Virus record (IMG/VR): IMGVR_UViG_2734482790_000004
DNA length: 64,000 nt
From: a virus
Taxonomy: Duplodnaviria; Heunggongvirae; Uroviricota; Caudoviricetes
Strand: one strand, 5' to 3'
The translations under genes and the position numbers were made by a program. Shown piece after piece: positions 34,042 to 45,173 of the stretch (position 1 is the first letter of the stretch; every line of letters begins with the position of its first letter). The notes under the pieces are model-generated. The model was not told the origin of the DNA. It saw only the letters and a program-made list of their open reading frames with translations, and did not search any database.

Positions 34042-35604
34042 ATGAAAATGACAAGTATTCAACAACGTGCAGAGCTTCATCGTCAAATCTGGCAAATTGC
34101 TAACGATGTCAGGGGTTCGGTCGATGGATGGGATTTTAAGCAATACGTTCTGGGCGCACTTTTCTACCGTTTTATCAGCGAAAATTTTTCCAGCTATATT
34201 GAAGCCGGTGATGACAGCATCTGTTATGCGAAACTGGATGACAGCGTAATTACTGATGACATTAAAGACGATGCCATCAAAACCAAAGGCTACTTCATCT
34301 ACCCAAGTCAGCTTTTCTGCAACGTAGCTGCGAAAGCAAATACCAATGACAGACTGAACGCAGATTTAAACAGCATCTTCGTTGCTATCGAAAGTTCTGC
34401 TTACGGTTATCCTTCAGAAGCAGACATCAAAGGTTTGTTTGCTGATTTCGATACCACCAGTAACCGCCTGGGTAACACCGTTAAGGATAAAAATGCCCGC
34501 CTGGCCGCGGTTCTGAAAGGGGTTGAAGGGTTAAAGCTTGGCGACTTTAACGAACATCAGATTGACCTGTTCGGCGATGCCTATGAGTTCCTGATTTCTA
34601 ACTATGCCGCGAATGCCGGTAAGTCAGGCGGCGAGTTCTTTACACCGCAGCACGTCTCTAAGCTGATTGCACAACTGGCTATGCACGGGCAGACCCACGT
34701 TAACAAAATCTACGACCCGGCAGCAGGTTCCGGTTCTCTGTTATTGCAGGCTAAAAAGCAGTTTGATGACCACATCATCGAAGAAGGTTTTTTTGGTCAG
34801 GAAATCAACCATACGACCTATAACCTGGCGCGTATGAACATGTTTTTGCACAACATCAACTACGACAAGTTTGATATCAAGCTGGGCAATACGCTGACTG
34901 AGCCGCACTTCAGAGATGAAAAACCGTTTGATGCCATCGTTTCTAACCCGCCGTATTCGGTGAAATGGATTGGCAGCGATGACCCGACGCTGATTAACGA
35001 TGAGCGTTTTGCCCCGGCTGGCGTTCTGGCCCCCAAATCCAAAGCTGACTTTGCGTTTGTATTACATGCGCTGAACTATCTTTCGGCCAAAGGTCGTGCT
35101 GCGATTGTCTGCTTCCCGGGTATTTTTTACCGTGGCGGCGCAGAGCAGAAAATCCGTCAGTATCTGGTCGATAATAACTATGTCGAAACCGTAATTTCAC
35201 TGGCTCCGAACCTGTTCTTTGGCACCACCATTGCCGTAAACATTCTGGTTCTGTCCAAACATAAAACGGATACCAACGTTCAGTTTATTGATGCCAGCGA
35301 ACTGTTCAAAAAAGAGACCAACAACAATATCCTGACCGATGCCCATATCGAACAGATTATGCAGGTATTTGCCAGCAAGGAAGATGTTGCTCATCTGGCA
35401 AAATCTGTCGCGTTCGAAGCCGTTGTCGCGAATGACTATAACCTGTCGGTGAGCAGCTATGTGGAAGCGAAAGATAACCGCGAAATTATCAATATTGCTG
35501 AACTGAATGCAGAGCTGAAAACCACGGTCAGCAAAATCGACCAGTTGCGTAAAGATATTGATGCAATTGTGGCTGAAATTGAAGGCTGCGAGGTGCAGAA
35601 ATGA
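34042..35604 (+). CDS. hsdM: type I (EcoR124-like, type IC) restriction-modification methyltransferase HsdM (520 aa)
   Basis: N6-adenine MTase motifs ([14 protein letters not shown]); N-terminus [22 protein letters not shown] as recalled for EcoR124I HsdM. Confidence 0.9.
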   Translation: MKMTSIQQRAELHRQIWQIANDVRGSVDGWDFKQYVLGALFYRFISENFSSYIEAGDDSICYAKLDDSVITDDIKDDAIKTKGYFIYPSQLFCNVAAKANTNDRLNADLNSIFVAIESSAYGYPSEADIKGLFADFDTTSNRLGNTVKDKNARLAAVLKGVEGLKLGDFNEHQIDLFGDAYEFLISNYAANAGKSGGEFFTPQHVSKLIAQLAMHGQTHVNKIYDPAAGSGSLLLQAKKQFDDHIIEEGFFGQEINHTTYNLARMNMFLHNINYDKFDIKLGNTLTEPHFRDEKPFDAIVSNPPYSVKWIGSDDPTLINDERFAPAGVLAPKSKADFAFVLHALNYLSAKGRAAIVCFPGIFYRGGAEQKIRQYLVDNNYVETVISLAPNLFFGTTIAVNILVLSKHKTDTNVQFIDASELFKKETNNNILTDAHIEQIMQVFASKEDVAHLAKSVAFEAVVANDYNLSVSSYVEAKDNREIINIAELNAELKTTVSKIDQLRKDIDAIVAEIEGCEVQK

Positions 35605-36807
35605 GCGAGTTGAGTTATCTGGAAAAATTGATGGATGGGGTTGAGGTTGAGTGGTTGCCACTCTCAAAAGTATTCAACTTAAGGAATGGTTATACACCGT
35701 CTAAAACTAAAAAAGAATTTTGGGCGAATGGTGATATACCTTGGTTCAGAATGGATGACATACGTGAAAATGGTAGAATTCTAGGGAATTCACTTCAAAA
35801 AAATTTCATCCTGCGCCGTAAAAGGGGGGAAACTATTTCCTGAAAATTCAATATTAATATCAACGTCGGCAACAATTGGTGAGCATGCTTTAATCACTGT
35901 ACCTCATCTAGCCAATCAAAGGTTTACATGTTTGGCTTTAAAAGAGTCTTATGCTGATTGCTTTGATATTAAATTTTTATTTTACTACTGTTTTTCTTTA
36001 GCTGAGTGGTGCCGAAAAAACACAACGATGTCCAGTTTTGCGTCTGTTGATATGGATGGATTCAAAAAATTTTTAATCCCTCGCCCCTGCCCGGATAATC
36101 CGGAAAAATCCCTTGCCATCCAGTCTGAAATCGTTCGGATTCTGGATAAGTTTACTGCACTTACCGCTGAGCTTACCGCTGAGCTTAATATGCGTAAAAA
36201 ACAGTACAACTACTATCGCGACCAGTTGTTGAGTTTTAAAGAGGGTGAGGTTGAGTGGAAGACTTTGGGAACATTTGCAGATAATTTTGATTCTCTTAGA
36301 AAACCAATAACTAGTGGATTAAGGGAGACTGGAAATATTCCCTATTATGGTGCGTCAGGCATTGTTGATTACGTAAAAGATTATATTTTTGATGATGACC
36401 TGTTATTAATTTCTGAAGATGGTGCGAATCTTATTGCAAGAAATACCCCTATAGCTTTTAGCATTAGCGGTAAAACGTGGGTGAATAATCATGCTCATGT
36501 ACTTAAATTCAAAAACTACACTGAACAAAAATTTGTTGAATATTACTTAAACAATATCAATCTTACGCCGTACATATCAGGAGCAGCCCAGCCAAAGCTA
36601 AATAAGAAAAACTTAGAAAGTATCCGTATTCCTAATCCATCACTAAAAGAAAAAGAGCGGATTGTTACTATTCTGGATAAATTCGACACCCTGACTAACT
36701 CCATCACCGAAGGTCTCCCGCGTGAAATCGAGTTACGCCAGAAACAATACGAGTACTATCGTGATTTACTGTTCAGTTTCCCAAAACCTGAAACAGTCAG
36801 TAATTAA
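35601..36807 (+). pseudogene. hsdS: type IC specificity subunit HsdS interrupted by a 1-nt frameshift within TRD1
   Basis: 80-aa ORF (frame 0) and 291-aa ORF (frame +1) are both open across 35785-35840, which contains an A7 run (35797-35803) and a G6 run (35824-35829); central and C-terminal conserved regions and a TAEL x2 repeat are intact. Confidence 0.85.
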
Positions 36808-36928
36808 TTGACCATTGCTACCGACCGGGCCACCTTAACATCCGGTCTGTATATAGACTATTTTTTACACGCTGGAAGTCGCCCTTAAAGCTCTTCCGGC
36901 CCTTGCCAGACGGCACAAAGGATGCGCT

Positions 36929-39900
36929 ATGACTCATCAGACATACACCATTGCTGAATCCAATAACTTTATCGTTCTTGATAAGTACATCAAAGCTGAG
37001 CCAACAGGCGACAGCTACCAGAGCGAATCGGACCTGGAACGTGAACTGATTCAGGACCTGCAAAATCAGGGCTATGAATTTATACCCGTAAAATCACAGT
37101 CAGCGATGCTGGCCAACGTTCGGGAACAGCTTCAGAGCCTCAATGGTGTGATGTTTAATGACAGCGAGTGGCGGCGCTTCACGGAGCAGTATCTGGACAA
37201 CCCCAGCGATGGTATTCTGGATAAAATCCGTAAAATCCATATCGACTATATTTGCGACTTTATTTTTGATGACGAGCGTCTTGAGAACATCTATCTGATA
37301 GATAAAAAGAATCTCATGCGCAATAAGGTGCAGATTATCCAGCAGTTTGAACAGGCAGGTTCTCACGCTAACCGTTATGACGTAACTATCCTGGTTAATG
37401 GCTTGCCACTGGTGCAAATCGAACTGAAAAAGCGCGGCGTGGCGATTCGTGAGGCTTTCAACCAGATACATCGTTACAGTAAAGAGAGTTTTAACAGCGA
37501 AAACTCCCTGTTTAAGTATCTGCAACTGTTTGTCATTTCTAACGGCACCGATACCCGTTATTTTGCCAACACAACAAAGCGCGATAAAAACAGTTTTGAC
37601 TTCACCATGAACTGGGCGAAATCAGACAATACACTGATTAAAGACCTCAAAGACTTTACCGCTACCTTTTTCCAGAAACATACTCTGCTTAATGTTCTGG
37701 TGAACTACAGCGTTTTTGACAGTAGTCAGACGCTACTGGTGATGCGACCGTACCAGATTGCCGCCACCGAACGAATCTTATGGAAAATCAACAGCTCCTA
37801 TAAAGCGAAAAACTGGTCTACCCCCGAAAGCGGTGGCTTTATCTGGCACACCACCGGTTCTGGTAAAACCCTCACCAGCTTTAAAGCCGCGCGGCTGGCA
37901 ACAGAACTGGACTTTATTGATAAAGTCTTCTTCGTGGTCGACAGGAAAGACCTCGATTACCAGACTATGAAGGAATATCAGCGTTTTTCGCCAGATAGTG
38001 TTAACGGCTCGGAAAATACCGCAGGTCTAAAACGAAATCTGGATAAGGACGATAACAAAATTATCGTCACCACTATTCAGAAACTTAATAACCTGATGAA
38101 AGCAGAAAGCGACCTGCCTGTATACAATCAGCAAGTGGTGTTTATATTTGATGAATGCCACCGCAGCCAGTTTGGAGAAGCGCAGAAAAACCTGAAGAAG
38201 AAATTCAAACGCTATTATCAGTTTGGTTTTACCGGCACTCCTATTTTCCCGGAAAACGCTTTAGGTTCAGAAACGACCGCCAGCGTATTTGGTCGTGAAT
38301 TGCATTCGTATGTAATTACCGATGCGATTCGAGATGAAAAAGTGCTTAAATTCAAGGTGGACTACAACGATGTGCGGCCACAGTTTAAGTCTTTAGAGAC
38401 AGAAACTGACGAGAAAAAACTAAGTGCGGCTGAAAATCAGCAGGCGTTTCTTCATCCCATGCGTATTCAGGAAATCACGCAATATATTCTGAATAATTTC
38501 CGCCAGAAAACTCACCGTACCTTCCCTGGCTCAAAAGGTTTTAATGCTATGTTGGCAGTGAGCAGCGTGGATGCCGCGAAAGCCTATTATGCGACGTTTA
38601 AACGGTTACAAGAAGAAGCCGCTAATAAATCGGCTACCTATAAACCGCTGCGTATTGCGACAATCTTCTCCTTTGCCGCCAATGAAGAACAAAATGCCAT
38701 TGGTGAAATTTCCGATGAAACTTTTGATACCAGCGCAATGGACAGCAGTGCTAAAGAGTTTCTGGACGCTGCAATTCGTGAATATAACAGCCATTTTAAA
38801 ACTAACTTTAGCACCGACAGTAACGGTTTTCAGAACTACTATCGTGATTTAGCCCAGCGGGTTAAAAATCAGGATATCGATCTGCTAATTGTCGTGGGGA
38901 TGTTTTTAACCGGCTTCGATGCTCCAACATTGAACACGCTATTCGTCGATAAAAACTTGCGTTTTCACGGCCTGATGCAGGCATTTTCCCGCACCAACCG
39001 TATTTATGATGCAACTAAAACCTTCGGTAATATCGTCACTTTCCGGGATCTGGAACGCTCAACTATTGATGCCATAACGCTGTTTGGTGACAAAAACACC
39101 AAAAATGTGGTGTTAGAAAAGAGTTATACAGAGTATATGGAAGGCTTTACTGATGCTACTACTGGTGAAGCTAAACGCGGCTTCATGACAGTAGTTTCAG
39201 AACTGGAACAACGGTTCCCTGACCCTACCAGTATTGAAAGTGAAAAAGAGAAGAAAGACTTCGTTAAACTGTTTGGCGAATACCTGCGTGCCGAGAACAT
39301 CCTGCAAAACTATGATGAATTTGCCACGCTAAAAGCCCTGCAACAAATCGATCTTAGCGATCCTGTTGCGGTAGAAAAATTCAAAGCAGAACATTATGTG
39401 GATGATGAAAAGTTCGCTGAATTGCAAACAATTCGTCTCCCTGCTGATCGCAAGATTCAGGATTATCGTTCTGCCTATAACGATATTCGCGACTGGCAGC
39501 GCCGTGAGAAAGAAGCTGAGAAAAAAGAGAAATCAACCACTGACTGGGATGACGTAGTTTTTGAGGTCGATTTGCTGAAGTCTCAGGAAATAAACCTGGA
39601 TTATATCCTTGGACTGATTTTCGAACACAACAGACAAAATAAAGGCAAGGGCGAAATGATCGAAGAGGTCAAACGCTTAATTCGTTCAAGCCTAGGGAAC
39701 CGTGCTAAAGAGGGCCTGGTGGTCGATTTTATTCAGCAAACGAACCTGGATGATTTACCAGACAAAGCCAGTATCATTGAGGCATTCTTTACGTTTGCTC
39801 AACGCGAACAGCAACGTGAAGCAGAAGCATTGATAAAAGAAGAAAATCTCAATGAAGAGGCAGCAAAACGCTATATTCGCACGTCTTTAAAACGCGAATA

Positions 39901-40045
39901 CGCCACCGAAAATGGCACAGAATTAAACGAAACATTACCAAAACTTAGTCCGTTGAATCCGCAATATAAAACGAAAAAACAGGCAGTTTTCCAGAAAATC
40001 GTCTCGTTTATTGAGAAGTTTAAAGGCGTAGGCGGAAAAATATAG
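36929..40045 (+). CDS. hsdR: type I restriction endonuclease subunit HsdR (1038 aa)
   Basis: Superfamily-2 helicase motifs ([12 protein letters not shown]) and a 1038-aa length matching EcoR124I HsdR. Confidence 0.9.
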   Translation: MTHQTYTIAESNNFIVLDKYIKAEPTGDSYQSESDLERELIQDLQNQGYEFIPVKSQSAMLANVREQLQSLNGVMFNDSEWRRFTEQYLDNPSDGILDKIRKIHIDYICDFIFDDERLENIYLIDKKNLMRNKVQIIQQFEQAGSHANRYDVTILVNGLPLVQIELKKRGVAIREAFNQIHRYSKESFNSENSLFKYLQLFVISNGTDTRYFANTTKRDKNSFDFTMNWAKSDNTLIKDLKDFTATFFQKHTLLNVLVNYSVFDSSQTLLVMRPYQIAATERILWKINSSYKAKNWSTPESGGFIWHTTGSGKTLTSFKAARLATELDFIDKVFFVVDRKDLDYQTMKEYQRFSPDSVNGSENTAGLKRNLDKDDNKIIVTTIQKLNNLMKAESDLPVYNQQVVFIFDECHRSQFGEAQKNLKKKFKRYYQFGFTGTPIFPENALGSETTASVFGRELHSYVITDAIRDEKVLKFKVDYNDVRPQFKSLETETDEKKLSAAENQQAFLHPMRIQEITQYILNNFRQKTHRTFPGSKGFNAMLAVSSVDAAKAYYATFKRLQEEAANKSATYKPLRIATIFSFAANEEQNAIGEISDETFDTSAMDSSAKEFLDAAIREYNSHFKTNFSTDSNGFQNYYRDLAQRVKNQDIDLLIVVGMFLTGFDAPTLNTLFVDKNLRFHGLMQAFSRTNRIYDATKTFGNIVTFRDLERSTIDAITLFGDKNTKNVVLEKSYTEYMEGFTDATTGEAKRGFMTVVSELEQRFPDPTSIESEKEKKDFVKLFGEYLRAENILQNYDEFATLKALQQIDLSDPVAVEKFKAEHYVDDEKFAELQTIRLPADRKIQDYRSAYNDIRDWQRREKEAEKKEKSTTDWDDVVFEVDLLKSQEINLDYILGLIFEHNRQNKGKGEMIEEVKRLIRSSLGNRAKEGLVVDFIQQTNLDDLPDKASIIEAFFTFAQREQQREAEALIKEENLNEEAAKRYIRTSLKREYATENGTELNETLPKLSPLNPQYKTKKQAVFQKIVSFIEKFKGVGGKI

Positions 40046-40123
40046 CCCAATTCGTGTTTTTCTTGCGGGTTCTTAATTAAACCCGCATGATACCATGGGG
40101 TTCCAAATGGCTAATATACTCCC

Positions 40124-40210
40124 TTACCCATGCGCGACGATGCCGCCAAAAGTGATAGAGAACAGCCAGAAATAGATCGCGGCCATAATGATTTTGAATG
40201 CCGTGTTCAT
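40124..40210 (-). CDS. small hydrophobic peptide (28 aa, MNTAFKIIMAAIYFWLFSITFGGIVAHG)
   Basis: Below the ORF-track size cutoff; AGGAG RBS 8 nt upstream; preceded by a C1 operator-like site and a perfect palindrome. Confidence 0.35.
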   Translation of the reverse strand: MNTAFKIIMAAIYFWLFSITFGGIVAHG

Positions 40211-40292
40211 ATTTTCAGCTCCTGTGATTGATTGGATACATGCCGCGCCTTGCGGCATGTTTTTATTTTCACTTTCTCTGTTTTAAAAATCA

Positions 40293-40309
40293 AGATTTAT
40301 TAGAGCAAT
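40293..40309 (-). promoter_or_regulatory. C1 operator-like site (AGATTTATTAGAGCAAT, 16/17)
   Basis: Near-consensus operator upstream of the small hydrophobic ORF. Confidence 0.55.
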
Positions 40310-40815
40310 TATTGTTGATGAAGAAGCGCATTTTCATATTCCCTGACCATTAACGTAAGTACGCCGTGACTCCTGAAAACACGCGCCACTTCAATCTTAT
40401 CTTCCAGCGCGAACGCAATTTTACTTAGACCAATTTTCTTCAGGAGATCAATCTTTGCAGGGCCGTCATTTCTGTCATCGGTGGCAGGACGCATAGATAG
40501 CAAAGGCTCAGCCCCATTTGTTACGTGCTTACGCAACCAAGCTCGTGTTTTATCCCTGGCTATCTCACAGCGCCCGGTTACAAACCAGAGAGTGTAAATG
40601 CTGGACAACTGGCGCACCATATCAATAACTGGAGTGATGGGAGCATCAGTGTCACAGGCAAGGTTAAACTCGTTCCAGTGCTCTGTTAATGCACCTTTGC
40701 CAGGTGGTGGAAGTAAATGCAGCCTGTCTTCCGTTGCCTCTGATATTGTTCCATCAATATCAACTATGACGATATACGGACGTTCCTGGTGTGCGTGTTT
40801 ATTGAAAATACTCAA
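40309..40815 (-). CDS. HAD-superfamily phosphatase-like protein (168 aa)
   Basis: N-terminal DIDGT motif characteristic of HAD phosphatases. Confidence 0.5.
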   Translation of the reverse strand: MSIFNKHAHQERPYIVIVDIDGTISEATEDRLHLLPPPGKGALTEHWNEFNLACDTDAPITPVIDMVRQLSSIYTLWFVTGRCEIARDKTRAWLRKHVTNGAEPLLSMRPATDDRNDGPAKIDLLKKIGLSKIAFALEDKIEVARVFRSHGVLTLMVREYENALLHQQ

Positions 40816-40887
40816 ATGCCCTCCTCATTGGACGAAAAAAATGCTGGTGGGCGCACTCCACCAGCATTAAAAGTGACACTGTAACTG

Positions 40888-42150
40888 TCAGCGAACGTAA
40901 ATAGTGCCGCCGTTCTCTTTTTCCCATGCATCGCTACGTGCATAGCAAACATCGAGAAGTCTTCTTGCCGCTGTTTCCTCTAAACCCAATTCGACAACCA
41001 ACTGCTCATGACGGCGGGTAACCACATCAAACAACGTATGCAGCCCTTTAGTTGCCAGTTCATCAATGAATTCCGGTTCGAACGGTAGCTCTGCATCTGC
41101 CAACATAACCTCTTGCGCCCACTCGACACGGCGGACCAGTTCCGGGCGGCGGCTTTCCATCTCTTTACAGATCAATTCATGGAAGAACTCTACCCAACCT
41201 TCCGGCTGGAACTCGCGGAAAATGGCCAACGGCTGGAAGTTTGGCATCAACCATTCGTTGATACGGATATCAATGGCATAGCCCATGTCGCAGCAGAACT
41301 GATAAGCAAAGTCCAGCTTAGAAACGATATAAGGACGCTCGTTATTGAACTCTTTAGGCGATGAGATCCCATAAGCCAGGAGGCGCGGGAAGAATGAGAT
41401 TTGCCCTAACGTCGGATGAAGTTTGCTTGCAGGGAAACGGCGCTCAGTAATGCCATACATTTCCTTCTTGAGCGTCGCAAATTTGGCATTCTCATTAACC
41501 AGCGCGGTAACCTCTGCTTTTTTATTAGCAAATGCCACGCGCGCTTCGCTTGCATCTTTAATAGTTTTTTTGAGCTGTTGGTTAAGGTCGGCGACCTGTT
41601 TACGCAGTTCCTGCCGCTCGCTTTTAGCTTTGTTATAGCGTTTCTCAAGGTTAAAAGGATCAAGTTTCATGATCTCTTTATATTGAGATTTTAGCGTTGA
41701 AATCTGTGAGTTCCGCAGTTCAACCATCGCGGTCATTTCATTGAGTTTTGTTTCCAGCTCAATGCTTATACGTTCGGCATTATCAGCACGCTGGTTGGCG
41801 TCATGCGTCGCATCGTCGATCGCATCCTGTTGCTGGCGTTTCAAATGTTCAATTTGCAGCTGAAGCTCTTCAATTTCTTTACCCTTCAGACCGAGATCCA
41901 ACTGCATATTTTCAGCTGCATCTACCAGGGAGTTATGGCTATCAGCTTCTGCGTTATAAACATCAATAAGCTGTGCGTGAAGCATCTCCGCTGACTGAAC
42001 CGCATTATCAAAAAAACGTGCTGTGAGGTCATCACAACTAACGCGGCGTTGCGCGGCCCGGATGTTCTGGATAATGGCCGGGATACCGGCATTCAGGACA
42101 TCAGGGATAGATACATTTTCGATTGATTGGTTTTGTGCTGAAGTGCTCAT
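40888..42150 (-). CDS. coiled-coil hypothetical protein (420 aa)
   Basis: Long heptad-rich central region; compact operon context. Confidence 0.5.
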   Translation of the reverse strand: MSTSAQNQSIENVSIPDVLNAGIPAIIQNIRAAQRRVSCDDLTARFFDNAVQSAEMLHAQLIDVYNAEADSHNSLVDAAENMQLDLGLKGKEIEELQLQIEHLKRQQQDAIDDATHDANQRADNAERISIELETKLNEMTAMVELRNSQISTLKSQYKEIMKLDPFNLEKRYNKAKSERQELRKQVADLNQQLKKTIKDASEARVAFANKKAEVTALVNENAKFATLKKEMYGITERRFPASKLHPTLGQISFFPRLLAYGISSPKEFNNERPYIVSKLDFAYQFCCDMGYAIDIRINEWLMPNFQPLAIFREFQPEGWVEFFHELICKEMESRRPELVRRVEWAQEVMLADAELPFEPEFIDELATKGLHTLFDVVTRRHEQLVVELGLEETAARRLLDVCYARSDAWEKENGGTIYVR

Positions 42151-42384
42151 TTCAAAGTTCCGTATTAGCTTGTGCTTCGGTCATTTTTCCTAAGTATGAA
42201 GGAGGAAGGACTACGCAATTTGTATCCAGTCCCTCACCTATGGCAGCCTGTAAAATTCTGGCTAAGGTGAGTCTCTTGTTGCGATACCTGGTGATGACAT
42301 GCCTGATACCGCCGGTCGGCGTAACAAAGGCGATCAGCCAGTAGTGATATTTCCGTCGGAATGGCCACATAGTGCACCCTGTAG

Positions 42385-42450
42385 ATTGCTCTAATAAAAA
42401 ACGTGATGAGTGTACATCACGTTTCAAAAATATGGAATTATTAGAGCAAT
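42385..42450. promoter_or_regulatory. pair of inverted C1 operator-like sites flanking a 10-bp perfect palindrome
   Basis: ATTGCTCTAATAAAAAA at 42385-42401, AAACGTGATG agtgta CATCACGTTT, then GGAATTATTAGAGCAAT at 42434-42450. Confidence 0.5.
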
Positions 42451-42451
42451 A

Positions 42452-43153
42452 TTATTCTGATTCTCGCTCAAAAAACGAGCTGATAAGGGGAAGCCAATCC
42501 TCTGACACTTCGCGAGGTCGCGGTTTGCCGTGGAAAAAGATTATTCGGCAGTCTTTTGGTAATGCCCCATTCCCCCTGGAGTAACGCGCGCTCGCATATT
42601 TCGAACCAGGTTCCACAACATCGGCCTTGTAACTTACAAACCATCCTGGATACAGATCCTGAAATGCTGGTGTATCATCGCCCATAACCTTTCGTAAGAA
42701 CCCCTGGTCACCCCAGCACTCAGTAGTGACACAACGAGAAATCCAACCTTCCGGATCTTGCCAGAATGAACTCCAGATATGCGCTTTAACACTATTTGGT
42801 ATCCACAGGGCACCGCTGCCACGATATTGTGGATGGTAAAAATCCCTAAGCATGGTGAAGCTGGTTGGTGGATGCTCTAGGATTGGGCGTATATCACCGG
42901 CAATAACCGTGTCCAAATCCAGATAGAACAGATCATCGGTTATATCCGGTCGGAACAACTCGATTTTCGCCCACCAGCCACGGCACTTTTGCCACTGGTT
43001 GATCAATGGGACAACTTTGACGCCAGGTACATGTAAACGCTTCAGGTCTGTCAGGCAAATAATTTCATAGCCTTTTGGCAGTTGATTAACCAGCCACTGC
43101 ACATCGGAAGCGTTATAGTCACCACCAGAGCGAAAAACTAAAGCAATCTTCAT
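42452..43153 (-). CDS. putative nucleotide-sugar glycosyltransferase-like protein (233 aa)
   Basis: DxD-like LDLDTV motif in a GT-A-like context; assignment tentative. Confidence 0.4.
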   Translation of the reverse strand: MKIALVFRSGGDYNASDVQWLVNQLPKGYEIICLTDLKRLHVPGVKVVPLINQWQKCRGWWAKIELFRPDITDDLFYLDLDTVIAGDIRPILEHPPTSFTMLRDFYHPQYRGSGALWIPNSVKAHIWSSFWQDPEGWISRCVTTECWGDQGFLRKVMGDDTPAFQDLYPGWFVSYKADVVEPGSKYASARYSRGNGALPKDCRIIFFHGKPRPREVSEDWLPLISSFFERESE

Positions 43154-43842
43154 GCTGCACCATCACCTTTCACTTTCATCAATGTCAGGTTTCCGCAAAA
43201 TACGGCACCAGTGTCGATATACTGCTGATTCCAGAATGTCTTCGGGCTTTTCACCGGAGTGTGACCAAAGATAAAACGATCTGCGCCCGAAATTTCGCCA
43301 CCAATATCATCCATCGAATCACTGATACGCTCGCGCGCCCAGACAACGTTGAAAAGCGGCACCTCCTTACCGAATTGATATTCATTATCCGGATAGTCGG
43401 CATGGGCTATAACGATAGTTTCTTGCCCGGTGTTCAACTCAATGATATAGGGCAGTCGTCTTACCAACTCCACCAGCGCCCTGGCTAATATTTCCTGATC
43501 AGCGTCCAGCATGAAGAACCATTGACCGCCATTCATTAGCCAGTTATTCACGTTGCCATCAGGACTTAACGCATCAATCATCAGCCGCTCATGGTTGCCC
43601 ATAACCGCTCTGAACCATGGCATCTGTAATAGCTCCAGGCATTTAACATTTTCGGTGCCGCGATCGATAAGGTCGCCGACCGATATCAGTAAATCCTGCG
43701 CAGGGTCAAAATCCACACGATGGAGTTCGGACATCAGTCTGGTGTAGCAACCATGCAGATCACCAACAACCCAGATATTCCTGTATTTGGTACCGTCGAT
43801 ACGGTGATAAATTGTTGGTGCCGTCATGTATTCTTCAGCCAT
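43150..43842 (-). CDS. ppp: Ser/Thr protein phosphatase, lambda PPase-like (230 aa)
   Basis: Metallophosphatase motifs GDLHG, GDLIDRG, GNHE. Confidence 0.85.
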   Translation of the reverse strand: MAEEYMTAPTIYHRIDGTKYRNIWVVGDLHGCYTRLMSELHRVDFDPAQDLLISVGDLIDRGTENVKCLELLQMPWFRAVMGNHERLMIDALSPDGNVNNWLMNGGQWFFMLDADQEILARALVELVRRLPYIIELNTGQETIVIAHADYPDNEYQFGKEVPLFNVVWARERISDSMDDIGGEISGADRFIFGHTPVKSPKTFWNQQYIDTGAVFCGNLTLMKVKGDGAA

Positions 43843-44450
43843 TCTTTAAGAGTCATCTGCGGAATACCTCCCATTTTCCCGCATGAAACAACGTCAATCT
43901 GTTCACGCGCAGACTGGAATAACAAAGGCAGGTGACTTAGATTTTTTGGCGTGCAGCCGGAATGAACGCGTGGTTCTTGCGTAGCGTCAACGCCCACCAG
44001 GGCTACATGTTTGAATCCGATATGGAAAGCCAGGTTCAGAGCACCATATGCACTATTGCCGCTGGCAATTTCATTCTCATCTTCGCAAAGGCCGAAATGT
44101 GCGGACCAGCGCCACGCCCACCACTCGGGAGAATTCGTATTTTTTGGCTCCGTGCCGCGCTCAGCCACACGACGGAAGCACAGAACGCCGTCTCTGACCT
44201 CACGTTCTTTAACATCGGGTAGCGCCATGCAATAACAAACACCACGGCGACGGCGGCCACGACCAACGCGCCGCATATTGTCTGGCGATGGATCAAGGGT
44301 GAAAAAATAAGAAGCGCGGTTAAGCCAGTCGATGGCCCCATTGACCGCTATAATCGGCACTCCGCGCGGCGCAACAAAGTTTGCGGCGCTTGGGCCACTG
44401 CCGACGATAATAACGCGATCACTGCCTCTAAATTTATTCTTGGGAAACAT
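43824..44450 (-). CDS. hypothetical Rossmann-like protein, paralog A (208 aa)
   Basis: IIVGSGPS ... IIAVN ... [12 protein letters not shown] ... VALVGVD; paralogous to the adjacent gene. Confidence 0.5.
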   Translation of the reverse strand: MFPKNKFRGSDRVIIVGSGPSAANFVAPRGVPIIAVNGAIDWLNRASYFFTLDPSPDNMRRVGRGRRRRGVCYCMALPDVKEREVRDGVLCFRRVAERGTEPKNTNSPEWWAWRWSAHFGLCEDENEIASGNSAYGALNLAFHIGFKHVALVGVDATQEPRVHSGCTPKNLSHLPLLFQSAREQIDVVSCGKMGGIPQMTLKEWLKNT

Positions 44451-45010
44451 TGAATTGCACTGCTCCTACTTGCATTCAAAATATGTAAATCTGCGTGTTT
44501 TTTGCGGGTATCCAGGAACTGCTGTTGCCATTTTGAAATAGACACCTGCGTTGGATTCCGTAGGGCTTGAGGGTGCGCGCCATGCCAATGAAGGCCGTTT
44601 TGCAGAGAACAGTCATAGCCGACTAATACCACTACTTCAGCCCCTGATTCAGCAGCCAGACTGATAGCCTGCGCGCCGCTATTTACCCCTTCCGCCGGTC
44701 CACAATATCGCCTGTACTCCAACGAAAATGATTTCGCCGCCGCCAGGTTGGCTGTCACTTTGCGGAATCTCCCTCCCGGTATGGTGGATCCGTATTGCTT
44801 CCACCATGACAAATCACCGGCGTATAAGGCATAAATGTCATCGAACATCTGCCAGGAATTGTTAACCGCGATGATTGAACAGCCAGTTTTTTCTATAGCA
44901 GCACAGTCCTCACGAGTGAGTGACGGACCGCTACCGACACAAAAAACAGTCCTAGTTGCCCTGGGTGGTATGTTCATTCTCAGCTGCAAATTCAGCCTCC
45001 AGGCGAGCAT
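44348..45010 (-). CDS. hypothetical Rossmann-like protein, paralog B (220 aa; start uncertain)
   Basis: FCVGSGPS ... IIAVN ... GVNSGAQAISLA ... VVLVGYD. Confidence 0.5.
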   Translation of the reverse strand: MLAWRLNLQLRMNIPPRATRTVFCVGSGPSLTREDCAAIEKTGCSIIAVNNSWQMFDDIYALYAGDLSWWKQYGSTIPGGRFRKVTANLAAAKSFSLEYRRYCGPAEGVNSGAQAISLAAESGAEVVVLVGYDCSLQNGLHWHGAHPQALRNPTQVSISKWQQQFLDTRKKHADLHILNASRSSAIQCFPRINLEAVIALLSSAVAQAPQTLLRRAECRL

Positions 45011-45173
45011 TCATTTCAGCGATTACCGGGTCCACTACAGCATCTGCTTCCTGTTCATTACGCGGCATGATCGATGCCAGCGATTCATAATTAGCCTTGG
45101 ATGACACGATTATTCTCCCGATGTTAATGTGCGCTATATCAAAGAGCACACATGCACTAATTAATTTATTATT

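Noticed and set aside
35601-36807. Treating the 80-aa and 291-aa hsdS pieces as two separate genes
   Set aside because: Both frames are open across the same 56-nt overlap containing two homopolymers and together reconstruct a canonical two-TRD HsdS; a single frameshift is the simpler explanation.
40066-40088. Stem-loop GCGGGTT cttaatta AACCCGC after hsdR as a terminator
   Set aside because: The T-run precedes rather than follows the stem on the plus strand and the minus-strand side is A-rich, so it does not fit a canonical intrinsic terminator in either direction.
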